This document shows, piece by piece, positions 20,772-29,266 of a stretch of 64,000 bases of DNA. Positions within the stretch are counted from its first letter, which is position 1; each line of letters begins with the position of its first letter. This DNA is from an uncultured Zetaproteobacteria bacterium (GTDB taxonomy: Bacteria; Pseudomonadota; Zetaproteobacteria; Mariprofundales; Mariprofundaceae), in assembly GCA_964601765.1 (NCBI GenBank), contig CAZROR010000001.1, positions 10,694 through 74,693 on the forward strand. Direction: 5' to 3'. A program made the translations under genes and the position numbers. The notes beneath the pieces are model-generated. The model was not told the DNA's origin and made no database searches. It saw only the letters and a program-made list of their open reading frames with translations.

Positions 20772-20805
20772 ATAAAAAAGGGGCAACGCTCTCGCGTAAC
20801 CCCTT
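20772..20805 (-). terminator. Rho-independent terminator downstream of tRNA-Arg(ACG)
   Basis: The minus strand reads AAGGGGTTACGC-GAGA-GCGTTGCCCCTT followed by TTTTTT. That is a GC stem with a GNRA-type loop and a T tract. Confidence 0.55.
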
Positions 20806-20813
20806 GATTTTAC

Positions 20814-20890
20814 TGGCGCGCCCGGAGCGATTCGAACGCCCGACCCTCAGATTCGTAGTCTGATGCTCTATCCAGCTGAGCTACGGGCGC
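20814..20890 (-). tRNA. tRNA-Arg (anticodon ACG)
   Basis: Manual cloverleaf: GCGCCCG/CGGGCGC acceptor stem, anticodon loop CTACGAA, GTTCGAATC T-loop and encoded CCA. Confidence 0.95.
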
Positions 20891-21431
20891 CTGGTTCTGA
20901 GGTTCCATTCTTTTCAGGAGTGGCCTGTATCTGCACATGTTTCAGCCACAGCTTCCAATCCGGGCTATCCGGACCAAACAGCTCCGGAAACTCCTGATAC
21001 AGCCATCCCCTGTAGATCAGCTTGCCCTTCTCGCTGACCTCCACATAGGCGGCCGGATTATGCACATTTTTATCCTCGATGTAAGTCCCGGATTTCAGCC
21101 TGAGATGCTCGGTAAGGCCGAGCAGCCTGACACGAACACCCTGCTGCTCAACCGTCTTCCCTGACTCCACCTCCATGCTGAATGTACGCGCAGGGCCCAT
21201 CTGCAGCAGCACCAACCGTGCTCTTCCTTCTCGCATAGCGGCCCATGGCGGCAGGGCATGCTCCTGTTGTGCACCATGAGGATCCGGTGGCGGTGTCAAC
21301 GGCAACTGCCAGTGGATATTCCCGGAATTATCCGCTTCACAGGCAATAACAAGCGAAAGACATACCGCCATCAGCGTCATGGAGATCGCACGCCTGCCGC
21401 ACAACCTGTGTTTCTGATCTTTGTTCACCAC
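20868..21431 (-). CDS. DUF2155-like secreted protein or lipoprotein
   Basis: Signal or lipobox-like MTLMAVCLSLVIAC, so the start may be at 21380. The C-terminal half (AAYVEVSEKGKLIYRGWLYQEFPELFGPDSPDWKLWL) resembles DUF2155. The last 7 codons and the TAG stop lie inside the tRNA-Arg gene. Confidence 0.6.
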   Translation of the reverse strand: MVNKDQKHRLCGRRAISMTLMAVCLSLVIACEADNSGNIHWQLPLTPPPDPHGAQQEHALPPWAAMREGRARLVLLQMGPARTFSMEVESGKTVEQQGVRVRLLGLTEHLRLKSGTYIEDKNVHNPAAYVEVSEKGKLIYRGWLYQEFPELFGPDSPDWKLWLKHVQIQATPEKNGTSEPGARSSAG

Positions 21432-21488
21432 GCCGGATTTGTACCGCCTTGTCTCCCGTGCCTGTCATACCCGCGCACTCACTATATC

Positions 21489-21510
21489 AAACTGGCGGAG
21501 AGAGAGGGAT
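21489..21510. repeat. Direct repeat copy 1 (AAACTGGCGGAGAGAGAGGGAT), a duplicate of the tRNA-Ser(GCU) 3' end
   Basis: This 22-mer is identical to 21679-21700. Confidence 0.9.
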
Positions 21511-21633
21511 GATTCGGGCCTTGCGGCCCTCACCCCTGAAGGGGCCGCCAGCGGCTAAAGCCGCCGGCGTTCAACATGGCTGCCGCCATGTTGTCGAACC
21601 CGTCGAGGATTCTCACCCTCTCTCACCATCTCC
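21493..21633 (-). ncRNA. Candidate tRNA-Ser-derived structured RNA or tRNA pseudogene (141 nt, ends in ...CTCCGCCA)
   Basis: A closing helix (21500-21512 with 21613-21624) encloses four hairpins. The 5' end GGAGATGGTGAG resembles the tRNA-Ser 5' end. One stem has G.U on the minus strand but A.C on the plus strand. No family was recognised, and it does not fold as a canonical tRNA. Confidence 0.3.
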
Positions 21634-21678
21634 ACACCAAAACACACCGGCTCAATGATGTGTATTGGCTTATTTCTT

Positions 21679-21700
21679 AAACTGGCGGAGAGAGAGGGAT
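21679..21700. repeat. Direct repeat copy 2, which lies within and just 3' of the intact tRNA-Ser(GCU)
   Basis: This 22-mer is identical to 21489-21510. Confidence 0.9.
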
Positions 21701-21772
21701 TCGAACCCTCGATACGGTAACCCGTATAACACCTTAGCAGGGTGCCGCTTTCGACCACTCAGCCATCTCTCC
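21683..21772 (-). tRNA. tRNA-Ser (anticodon GCU)
   Basis: Manual cloverleaf: GGAGAGA/TCTCTCC acceptor stem, loop CTGCTAA, long variable arm, T-arm GAGGGTTCGAATCCCTC and CCA. Confidence 0.95.
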
Positions 21773-21925
21773 AAATATCGGGGCGCATGGTAGCAAAATC
21801 AACCGTATTTGCACCTGCGGGCACGCCTTTTCGTGCCCTGCACCCTGTCTAAAGATCCATCCGGGCCCTTCCTCGCACCTTTCCTCCTCAGACCCCAGCA
21901 CACAGCCCTCATCCTGCCCAGTGCC

Positions 21926-22013
21926 TGGCGGAAGGGGTGGGATTCGAACCCACGAAAGGTTTCCCTTTGCCGGTTTTCAAGACCGGTGCTTTCAACCACT
22001 CAGCCACCCTTCC
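21926..22013 (-). tRNA. tRNA-Ser (anticodon UGA)
   Basis: Manual cloverleaf: GGAAGGG/CCCTTCC acceptor stem, loop CTTGAAA, long variable arm, T-arm GTGGGTTCGAATCCCAC and CCA. Confidence 0.95.
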
Positions 22014-22187
22014 CTTGAGGCTACTTTTCTGATTCAAGAGCATGTCAACCGCCACCAGCGCGCGAACATTATCATGGCGTAACACCGTGGCAATATTGAA
22101 GCAATGAATACGGGACACTCATTTTCCCGGTGGTGATTTTTTCAGGTGGGATTGATAGGCTATAGGCATAAAGAGGGGGATCACGAT

Positions 22188-23459
22188 ATGCCACAGAGCG
22201 CATCACCTGTGGAACGCCACATAAGCACACTTACCAGCAACACCTTGGCCTTCATTCTGGCCGGAGGCAAGGGTTCCCGACTCAAGGGGCTAACCGAATG
22301 GCGAGCCAAGCCGGCAGTGCCATTTGGCGGCAAGTTCCGCATCATTGATTTTCCCCTGTCCAACTGTATCAATTCCGGTATCAGGAAAATCGCTGTGGTG
22401 ACACAATACAAGTCACACTCACTGCAACGGCACTTGCAGCGTGGCTGGAGCTTTCTGTCCGGTCAGTTCGATGAGTTTGTTGAGGTACTGTCTGCGCAAC
22501 AGCGACTGAGCGCAGAGTGGTATGCCGGCACAGCCGACGCCATCTACCAGAACCTGGACATCCTGCGCGAATACAGCCCGGAATACGTTCTCATCCTTGC
22601 CGGCGACCACATATACAAGATGGATTACGGCAAAATGCTTGCGGCCCATGTGGCCAAGGGCGCCGATATCACCGTGGGCTGCATCCCCGTCCCTCTTGAT
22701 GAGGCCAGGGCCTTTGGCGTCATGGCCATTGATGCCGACGGCCGCGTTGTTGAATTTGCCGAAAAGCCGGACAAACCAAAGCCTATGCCAGGCGACCCCA
22801 ACCAGGCACTTGCATCAATGGGCATCTATGTATTTACGGCCGATTATCTGCGTGAACGGCTGATCGCTGACGCCGCCAACAAGGACTCCAGCCGTGACTT
22901 TGGCAAGGATATCATCCCAGCCGCCATCAGGGACTCCAATGTCTTTTCATTCCGTTTCATGAACGCAAATACCGGCAAGCCTGGCTACTGGCGGGATGTA
23001 GGCACGGTTGACGCCTATTGGGAGGCCAACATCAACCTGGCCAGCCTGGAGCCCGACCTGAACATGTACGACAAGGAATGGCCGATCTGGACCTATCAGG
23101 AACAGCTCCCTCCGGCAAAATTTGCCTTTGATGATGACAAGCGGCGTGGTGAGGCTGTGGACTCGCTCGTTTCAGGTGGATGCCTGATTACAGGCTCGTG
23201 TGTGCGCCACTCCGTGCTGTTCTCCAATGTGCGTATCCACTCGTATTGCACTATTGAGGACAGCGTCGTGCTACCCAACGTCACGATTCACAGAAATTGC
23301 CGCATCCGACGTTGTGTAATCGACAAGGGAACGGAGATTCCTGCGGGCACCGTAATCGGTGAAAACGCCAAGCAGGATGCCAAACGCTTCTATGTAAGCG
23401 AAAAAGGCATCGTGCTGGTCACGCCGGGCATGCTCGGCCAGAACCTGCATGCGGTCTAA
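22188..23459 (+). CDS. glgC: Glucose-1-phosphate adenylyltransferase
   Basis: Contains [43 protein letters not shown] and a C-terminal hexapeptide domain. Met at 22188 follows the RBS AAGAGGGGGA. The ORF track begins at 22146. Confidence 0.93.
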   Translation: MPQSASPVERHISTLTSNTLAFILAGGKGSRLKGLTEWRAKPAVPFGGKFRIIDFPLSNCINSGIRKIAVVTQYKSHSLQRHLQRGWSFLSGQFDEFVEVLSAQQRLSAEWYAGTADAIYQNLDILREYSPEYVLILAGDHIYKMDYGKMLAAHVAKGADITVGCIPVPLDEARAFGVMAIDADGRVVEFAEKPDKPKPMPGDPNQALASMGIYVFTADYLRERLIADAANKDSSRDFGKDIIPAAIRDSNVFSFRFMNANTGKPGYWRDVGTVDAYWEANINLASLEPDLNMYDKEWPIWTYQEQLPPAKFAFDDDKRRGEAVDSLVSGGCLITGSCVRHSVLFSNVRIHSYCTIEDSVVLPNVTIHRNCRIRRCVIDKGTEIPAGTVIGENAKQDAKRFYVSEKGIVLVTPGMLGQNLHAV

Positions 23460-23475
23460 GCCACAGCGTACGCGC

Positions 23476-25158
23476 ATGAGCAGACCACTTTCCGTTGTCT
23501 TTTGCTGGCACATGCACCAGCCATTCTACCGCGATGCGGTTACCGGGCAGTACGCACTGCCATGGGTTTACCTGCACGCCATCAAGGAATACACGGACAT
23601 GGCCGCCGTCCTGGAGCAGGTACCCGCTGCCCGTGCAGTCGTCAACTTCACCCCGTCTCTCATCGCACAGATCGAGGATTATAATCGGCGCATCAATGCC
23701 TGGCTGAATGACGAGGAGGGAGAACTCCCGGATCCGCTTCTGACCGCGCTGGCAAACAAAGATGACAGCTATGATGCCACCATGCGGGCGCACCTGCTTG
23801 CTACTTGCTTTCGCCTGAACCATGAACGCAACATGCACCGCTACCCCGCCTTCAGCCGCCTCTGGCACCTGGCTGAACATGCGCGACATCATGATGGAAG
23901 CGATTATCTCGGCTCTAATTACTTCACTGACCTTGTCACATGGTATCACCTAGGATGGCTGGCAGAGACAGAGCGGAGGCAGAATTTCACGGCACGCCGC
24001 CTGATCGAAAAAGGGAGAGGCTTTACTTTTCAGGACAGGCTCGAACTTATTCGACTGATTGCCAGCCTGCTGGAGAACGTTACCACACGCTACCGCAAGC
24101 TAGCAGAAGCTGGAAAGATCGAGTTATCCACCACACCCTATGCCCACCCGATCCTCCCCCTCATGCTGGATTTCCATGCGGCCCGCGAAACAGTACCGGA
24201 TGCGCTGATCCCTGATACCCCCTACCCTGGCGGTATGGAGCGCGCACGTGACCATATCGCGCGTAGCAAGCGTGCCCATAGCTCGGCATTCAGACATCCG
24301 GCTCGCGGATGCTGGCCGGCGGAAGGTGCCGTATCAGCAGATACCTTCAAGCTGCTCGATCAGGCTGGGTTTGACTGGTGCGCAACAGGTGAAAGCGTAT
24401 TGCATCATTCCCTCGGCTATAACCTGCGCGAGCACTACGGCGCTGTTGATCTGTATCATCCCTGGCAGGTTGGGAACGGCAGACTGGCCTGCTTTTTCCG
24501 GGACGACAAACTCTCGGACTTGATCGGCTTCGAATACAGCCGCTGGAATACGGCGGACGCTGTGGCTAATCTCATGCATGAGCTGGCAGGCATCCACCAC
24601 CGTACCCAGGGTATGAAGGCGCCGGTTGTCGCCATCATCATGGATGGAGAAAACGCCTGGGAGCACTACCATGAAAATGGCATCCCCTTTCTGGGCAGCC
24701 TGTACCAGGCCATTGCCGAGCACCCGGATTATGAGCTAACCACCTTCTCTGCCTATCTGGAACGACCAAGAGAACGGCAACGGCTGGACAAGGTTGTCGC
24801 CGGATCATGGGTCTACGGCAATCTCGCCACATGGATCGGCGACCCCGCCAAAACACGGGGCTGGGAGCTGTTGATCGAGGCCAAGCGGGCCTTCGACAGG
24901 GCAAAATCCAAGCTCACTCCGGATCAGCTTGCTGCTGCAGAAGAACAACTCCGTATCTGCGAGGGCTCAGACTGGTGTTGGTGGTTCGGCGATTATAATC
25001 CGAGCGAGGCCGTCCGTGATTTTGATCGTCTGTACAGGCAACACCTTGCCAAGCTTTACAGCCTAATCGATATCCCGGTGCCAAGTTCCATTACGACATC
25101 TATTTCCGAAGGCGGTGGTGACGCGGAGGGTAGCGGCACCATGCGCCGCAATGCCTGA
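23476..25158 (+). CDS. Glycoside hydrolase family 57 protein (alpha-glucan-acting)
   Basis: N-terminal VVFCWHMHQPFYRD is the GH57 hallmark. The length is about 560 aa. The exact activity, amylase-like or branching, cannot be decided from sequence. Confidence 0.85.
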   Translation: MSRPLSVVFCWHMHQPFYRDAVTGQYALPWVYLHAIKEYTDMAAVLEQVPAARAVVNFTPSLIAQIEDYNRRINAWLNDEEGELPDPLLTALANKDDSYDATMRAHLLATCFRLNHERNMHRYPAFSRLWHLAEHARHHDGSDYLGSNYFTDLVTWYHLGWLAETERRQNFTARRLIEKGRGFTFQDRLELIRLIASLLENVTTRYRKLAEAGKIELSTTPYAHPILPLMLDFHAARETVPDALIPDTPYPGGMERARDHIARSKRAHSSAFRHPARGCWPAEGAVSADTFKLLDQAGFDWCATGESVLHHSLGYNLREHYGAVDLYHPWQVGNGRLACFFRDDKLSDLIGFEYSRWNTADAVANLMHELAGIHHRTQGMKAPVVAIIMDGENAWEHYHENGIPFLGSLYQAIAEHPDYELTTFSAYLERPRERQRLDKVVAGSWVYGNLATWIGDPAKTRGWELLIEAKRAFDRAKSKLTPDQLAAAEEQLRICEGSDWCWWFGDYNPSEAVRDFDRLYRQHLAKLYSLIDIPVPSSITTSISEGGGDAEGSGTMRRNA

Positions 25159-25232
25159 GCTGGCAAATCACGTAGCCACTTTTAGCTTGCTGCAAGATCA
25201 GGCCCCCCATATACTTTACTCGAGCGGACATC

Positions 25233-26702
25233 ATGTCATCCTGGATTGACCGCCGGCGTGCCGGCGTGCTGCTGCATATCACCTCACTGCCCGGACCATT
25301 CTCATGTGGCGTCCTCGGAAAAGAAGCCCGGGATTTTGTAGATGGGCTAATCAGCGGCAACTTTACGGTCTGGCAGTTCCTCCCCCTGGGTCCTACGCAT
25401 GGGCATGGCTCTCCGTACGAGTCACTGTCATCTTTTGCCGGCAATCCCCGCTTGCTGGACCTGCGCGACTGCGTGAGCTATGGCTGGCTCCGTGAAGAAA
25501 TCTGTGAAGCTGTCATGTACGGCAAACTGGCAGCTGATACCGCATGGGAAGAAGCCACGCGCACATTCTGGGCACAGGTACAGCATGACGATACCATGCA
25601 TGCGGAGCTCCAGAGCTTTTGTACGGAAAATGCCGGATGGCTGGATGACTTCTCCCTGTTCGCGGCCATCAAGCAAGCCCGTTCCGATCAGCCGTGGTGG
25701 CAATGGCCCACGCCACTACGATGCCGGCAACCAGCAGCCCTGGCGGAGGCAAAGAGCACGTATGCCGACCGGATCAGGCGCATCAAGTTTGAACAGTTCC
25801 TGTTCTCACGGCAGTGGCAAGCACTACGGCATTATGCAGACACACGCGGTGTGCAATTGTTTGGTGATCTGCCTATTTACGCGGCACACGACTCCGCCGA
25901 TGTCTGGGCCAACCAACAGTACTTTACCGTAAACGACAAAGGCCTCTGTGAAGAGGTTGCCGGGGTTCCTCCCGACTATTTCTCTGAAACAGGCCAGCGC
26001 TGGGGGAATCCTCTGTATCGGTGGGACAGGCTTTCATCCGATGGCTTCGGCTGGTGGATTGATCGCATCCAGGCCCAGCTTGGGCGCATGCACCTGCTGC
26101 GCATCGATCACTTTCGCGGACTGGAGGCCTACTGGGCTATTCCCGGCAAACAGCGGGACGGCCGTATCGGCGAATGGCGGCCAGCACCTGGTGCTGCATT
26201 GCTGGCAGCCATGGAAGAGCGATTAGGACGCCTTCCCCTCGTGGCTGAGGATCTGGGAATGATCACGCCAGAGGTACATGCGCTGCGAAAGCAATTCGGG
26301 CTACCGGGCATGAAGATATTGCAGTTTGCTTTTGATGGAGACCTACACAACCCATATCTACCGGCCAATCACGAACCGGACAGCGTTGTTTACACCGGTA
26401 CGCACGACAACGACACCACCCTTGGCTGGTATTTGAGCCTGGACGCTGCTACACGTGCCTGTCTCGCCGAATATATCGGGAATCAGCCTGAGCCCATGCC
26501 ATGGCCACTGATAAAAATGGCCTTTGCCTCGCCATCCCTGCTGGCCATGATTCCCATGCAGGATATTCTGGGTCTGGACAGCAGGCATCGCCTTAATACG
26601 CCCGGCACCACGGATGGCAACTGGAGCTGGCGTATGAATGATATGCCAAAAGAGTGCACCTGGCGGCGGCCGCATGAGTTCAGCGAGCGGTATCACCGCT
26701 GA
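25233..26702 (+). CDS. malQ: 4-alpha-glucanotransferase (amylomaltase)
   Basis: Contains RRAGVLLHITSLPGPF, LRIDHFRG and GTHDNDT. Confidence 0.93.
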   Translation: MSSWIDRRRAGVLLHITSLPGPFSCGVLGKEARDFVDGLISGNFTVWQFLPLGPTHGHGSPYESLSSFAGNPRLLDLRDCVSYGWLREEICEAVMYGKLAADTAWEEATRTFWAQVQHDDTMHAELQSFCTENAGWLDDFSLFAAIKQARSDQPWWQWPTPLRCRQPAALAEAKSTYADRIRRIKFEQFLFSRQWQALRHYADTRGVQLFGDLPIYAAHDSADVWANQQYFTVNDKGLCEEVAGVPPDYFSETGQRWGNPLYRWDRLSSDGFGWWIDRIQAQLGRMHLLRIDHFRGLEAYWAIPGKQRDGRIGEWRPAPGAALLAAMEERLGRLPLVAEDLGMITPEVHALRKQFGLPGMKILQFAFDGDLHNPYLPANHEPDSVVYTGTHDNDTTLGWYLSLDAATRACLAEYIGNQPEPMPWPLIKMAFASPSLLAMIPMQDILGLDSRHRLNTPGTTDGNWSWRMNDMPKECTWRRPHEFSERYHR

Positions 26703-26735
26703 GCCGCAGTACGGCCCCCGGCTCCACAAAATGCG

Positions 26736-27920
26736 TCAGCCTTCTTCCTGTACGGGAAGGATAGGCGCCAGCTGTGATTCTCGCTGCAAAAACCGTGCTT
26801 GCACATCAGGGTCCTCGTCCTTGAAATAACTCATGATATCGAGCAACGATATTGCCTCATCAAAATCGCGACGCACAATGGCCTTGCCGATGGCGACATC
26901 CAGCACCTTTGCCAGACCGACATGGTAGAGCTTGTGGTCAGGGTACTGGCTCAGCAATTGTTCATAGCCTTGCATGGCATCATGCAGACGCCCACTTTGC
27001 ACATTGGCTTCAATTTGCTCTTCCAGGTGCTGCCTTGCCGCCTGCTCTCCCGCAAACATGGTGTCGCGTATCCTGCGATAACGCGAATCATCCCCGGCAG
27101 CCAGGACAATGGCCCGCTCCATGCAGGACATGGCGCGTGAAAACGCTTGCCTGGCGTAATAGTTGCGCGCCAGGAAAACAAACAGGCGGGGATCATTAGG
27201 ATGTACAACCATTTGCCGACGAATCAGGTCGTTTTCCTTCTCCAGGTCTTTGCTGAAATGATACATGTAGGCCAGAATGTAAAAGGCAAGATCATCTGCC
27301 TTATCCGAGGCACACAGGGTTTCATATCGTGCAATCACTCCCTCCAGCTCTCCGTGCTGCACGTAAAGTGCGTATAGCACCTGTGGTGGCCCTTCATCAA
27401 GCGGCTCCTGCCGAATCAAATCAAACAGCCTGTTAAATGCCTCCTTTATATGCTTAGGGCATTGCACGGCCATGCTTGCGAGTTCCTTTGCTGCTGCCTC
27501 CAGATCTCCCCAGCGCACATACACCTGAGAGGCGATGACATATTTCCGAGAAAAAAGCGGGTCCAGTACCTTCAGGCGTTCGCATATATCCAGCGCCTCC
27601 CTGTAGCGCGCATGGACAAAATACATCTCAGCCAGCACTTCATGATAGCGCATATAGCGTGGCCCAACCTCTCGCAACTGAGCCCTGAGATCGGGACAGG
27701 GGTGTAACCGATAGATACGCTGGCCTATGTCATAGGCGCGGTCATAATCACCCTTTTTATAATAAGCAACGGCCAGGTCGTTCAGGGCCTGGATATTTTC
27801 AGGGTCACTTTTCAGTTCTGCCTCAGCATGCTGAATGACGGCATTCCATGCCCCTTTCAGGAAAGCCTTTTCCCGCTCATCTGCATGCTGTGAAAAGAAA
27901 GCCAAAAATTTCCCTCCCAT
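26736..27920 (-). CDS. TPR-repeat protein
   Basis: Multiple TPR-like helical repeats with a Y..A......A pattern throughout. Met at 27920 is preferred over 28007, which would overlap the divergent VKOR gene region. Confidence 0.65.
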   Translation of the reverse strand: MGGKFLAFFSQHADEREKAFLKGAWNAVIQHAEAELKSDPENIQALNDLAVAYYKKGDYDRAYDIGQRIYRLHPCPDLRAQLREVGPRYMRYHEVLAEMYFVHARYREALDICERLKVLDPLFSRKYVIASQVYVRWGDLEAAAKELASMAVQCPKHIKEAFNRLFDLIRQEPLDEGPPQVLYALYVQHGELEGVIARYETLCASDKADDLAFYILAYMYHFSKDLEKENDLIRRQMVVHPNDPRLFVFLARNYYARQAFSRAMSCMERAIVLAAGDDSRYRRIRDTMFAGEQAARQHLEEQIEANVQSGRLHDAMQGYEQLLSQYPDHKLYHVGLAKVLDVAIGKAIVRRDFDEAISLLDIMSYFKDEDPDVQARFLQRESQLAPILPVQEEG

Positions 27921-28024
27921 TATCCGGTTGTCGTCACCATAAAGCGTATCACCAGCCCGGCCAACATCCAAAACCAATGGACTATGCTCTGGCGCCGGCC
28001 ATGGCACTCAGGCATATTTTCCAT

Positions 28025-29257
28025 ATGCGTCAGAGAAACAGCCTCCTGACTATTCTCGTGCTGGCTATCATCGGCTTGGCTGCCGCGACCTACCTGACCC
28101 AGCTACATCTTCAGGTGATCACGGGGCAACAGACGGACTTCGGCTTTTGCGATATCAGCCGGACCATCAGCTGTGAAACAGTAAGTGCGTCCCCATATTC
28201 CACCTGGTTCAACATCCCTATCGCCTGGCTTGGTGCCATCCTGTACTTGTTCTGGACATTGCTGGCAATAGCAGGCCTGTGGCCCAGAAAATCACTGGCG
28301 GAGGGAAGCATTGCGCTTATCTTCTGTACCGCAGCACTTGCGCTCGGCACAGATATTGTTCTTGCCGGTATCATGGTCTTTCGCATTCACAGCCTCTGTC
28401 TGTTGTGTCTGCTGACCTACGTACTGAACGCCTGCATCCTCTTCCTGGCCTGGCGGGCCTGGAAAGAGCCTGTTTCGTCTGCGGCAAGGGCCTGTGTAAC
28501 CGCACTTTCTCCATTCTCCGGCAGTGGCAGGGTGTTTTTCCCGGCATTGTGCCTCATCCTTCTCGGTATCACGGCAGCCGGGGCTTACGGCCTGCGGCAG
28601 GCTGAGAACAGCGCTCTGGCTGATTTTAACGCGGAGGCCTTCCGTCAGTTCAGCCATATGGCATCCCGGTATTCCGTGGATACATCGCACGACCCGTGGA
28701 TGGGTGCAACCAACCCGGAACTGACCATTGTCGAGTTTAGCGATTTCCAGTGCCCACACTGCAAACGGGCACATTTCATCCTGCAGGCGATTCTTCCTTC
28801 CTACTTTGATCATGTCCGCTTCGTCTACAAAAACCTGCCGCTCGGCAAGGGCTGCAACCCAGCACTCCAGGCCCTCCCCCATGACTTCCATCCGGCCGCA
28901 TGTGCCCTCGCCGAACTGGGTGAGGCAGCACACATCCAGGGAAAATTCTGGCAATTACACGACTATCTTTTCAGGCATCAGCATGAATTTTCCGGGCGTA
29001 CCCTGAACCAGGATGAATTGCTTGCCATAGCGGCACGCACGGGACTGGACGTGGCACGGGTGCGCAGAGCACTTGGCAGCCACAACTTCCGTGAATCTGT
29101 CCAGGCAGATGTACGGGAAGCCACTCGGCTGAATATCCACGGCACCCCTGCATTTCTGTTGAATGGGTTAAAGATCAATGGCATGCCGCCACCAAAAGTT
29201 CTGCAGCACATGATAGAAATAGAACTGCGTCGCGCGGTGCGACAAGGAAAAGGTTAG
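28025..29257 (+). CDS. VKOR-domain / DsbA-like thioredoxin-fold fusion oxidoreductase
   Basis: The N-terminal region has 4-5 TM segments, a loop cysteine pair CDISRTISC and CLLC in a TM helix, which is VKOR-like. The C-terminal domain has FSDFQCPHCKRAH (CxxC, DsbA-like). The start is taken at Met 28025, and the ORF track begins at 27848. Confidence 0.8.
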   Translation: MRQRNSLLTILVLAIIGLAAATYLTQLHLQVITGQQTDFGFCDISRTISCETVSASPYSTWFNIPIAWLGAILYLFWTLLAIAGLWPRKSLAEGSIALIFCTAALALGTDIVLAGIMVFRIHSLCLLCLLTYVLNACILFLAWRAWKEPVSSAARACVTALSPFSGSGRVFFPALCLILLGITAAGAYGLRQAENSALADFNAEAFRQFSHMASRYSVDTSHDPWMGATNPELTIVEFSDFQCPHCKRAHFILQAILPSYFDHVRFVYKNLPLGKGCNPALQALPHDFHPAACALAELGEAAHIQGKFWQLHDYLFRHQHEFSGRTLNQDELLAIAARTGLDVARVRRALGSHNFRESVQADVREATRLNIHGTPAFLLNGLKINGMPPPKVLQHMIEIELRRAVRQGKG

Positions 29258-29266
29258 GGCCTGTTC

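Noticed and set aside
21541-21555. The string GGGGCCGCCAGCGG resembles the variable arm of E. coli tRNA-Sec (selC), which raised the possibility of a tRNA-Sec in the structured segment.
   Set aside because: The match is on the strand opposite the CCA-ending unit. No 7-nt loop presents a UCA anticodon. The 141-nt unit also cannot be folded into an 8/5 or 9/4 tRNA-Sec cloverleaf.
21493-21633. I considered whether the structured unit could be tmRNA, SRP RNA, 6S RNA or RNase P RNA.
   Set aside because: It is too short for tmRNA or RNase P RNA. It lacks the SRP domain IV motif (GGAAG...AGCA context), a tmRNA tag reading frame and an alanine-type acceptor stem. No family could be assigned by eye.
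21511-21678. The tRNA-Ser direct repeats might delimit a genomic island or prophage.
   Set aside because: Only 168 bp lie between the repeats, and no integrase, excisionase or cargo ORF is present. At most this is a scar, and it is reported as a finding rather than as a mobile element.
26700-26740. A hairpin (GAGCCG...CGGCTC) between the convergent malQ and TPR genes might be a bidirectional terminator.
   Set aside because: The stem is only 6 bp with a 12-nt loop, and no U tract follows on either strand. This is too weak to call.
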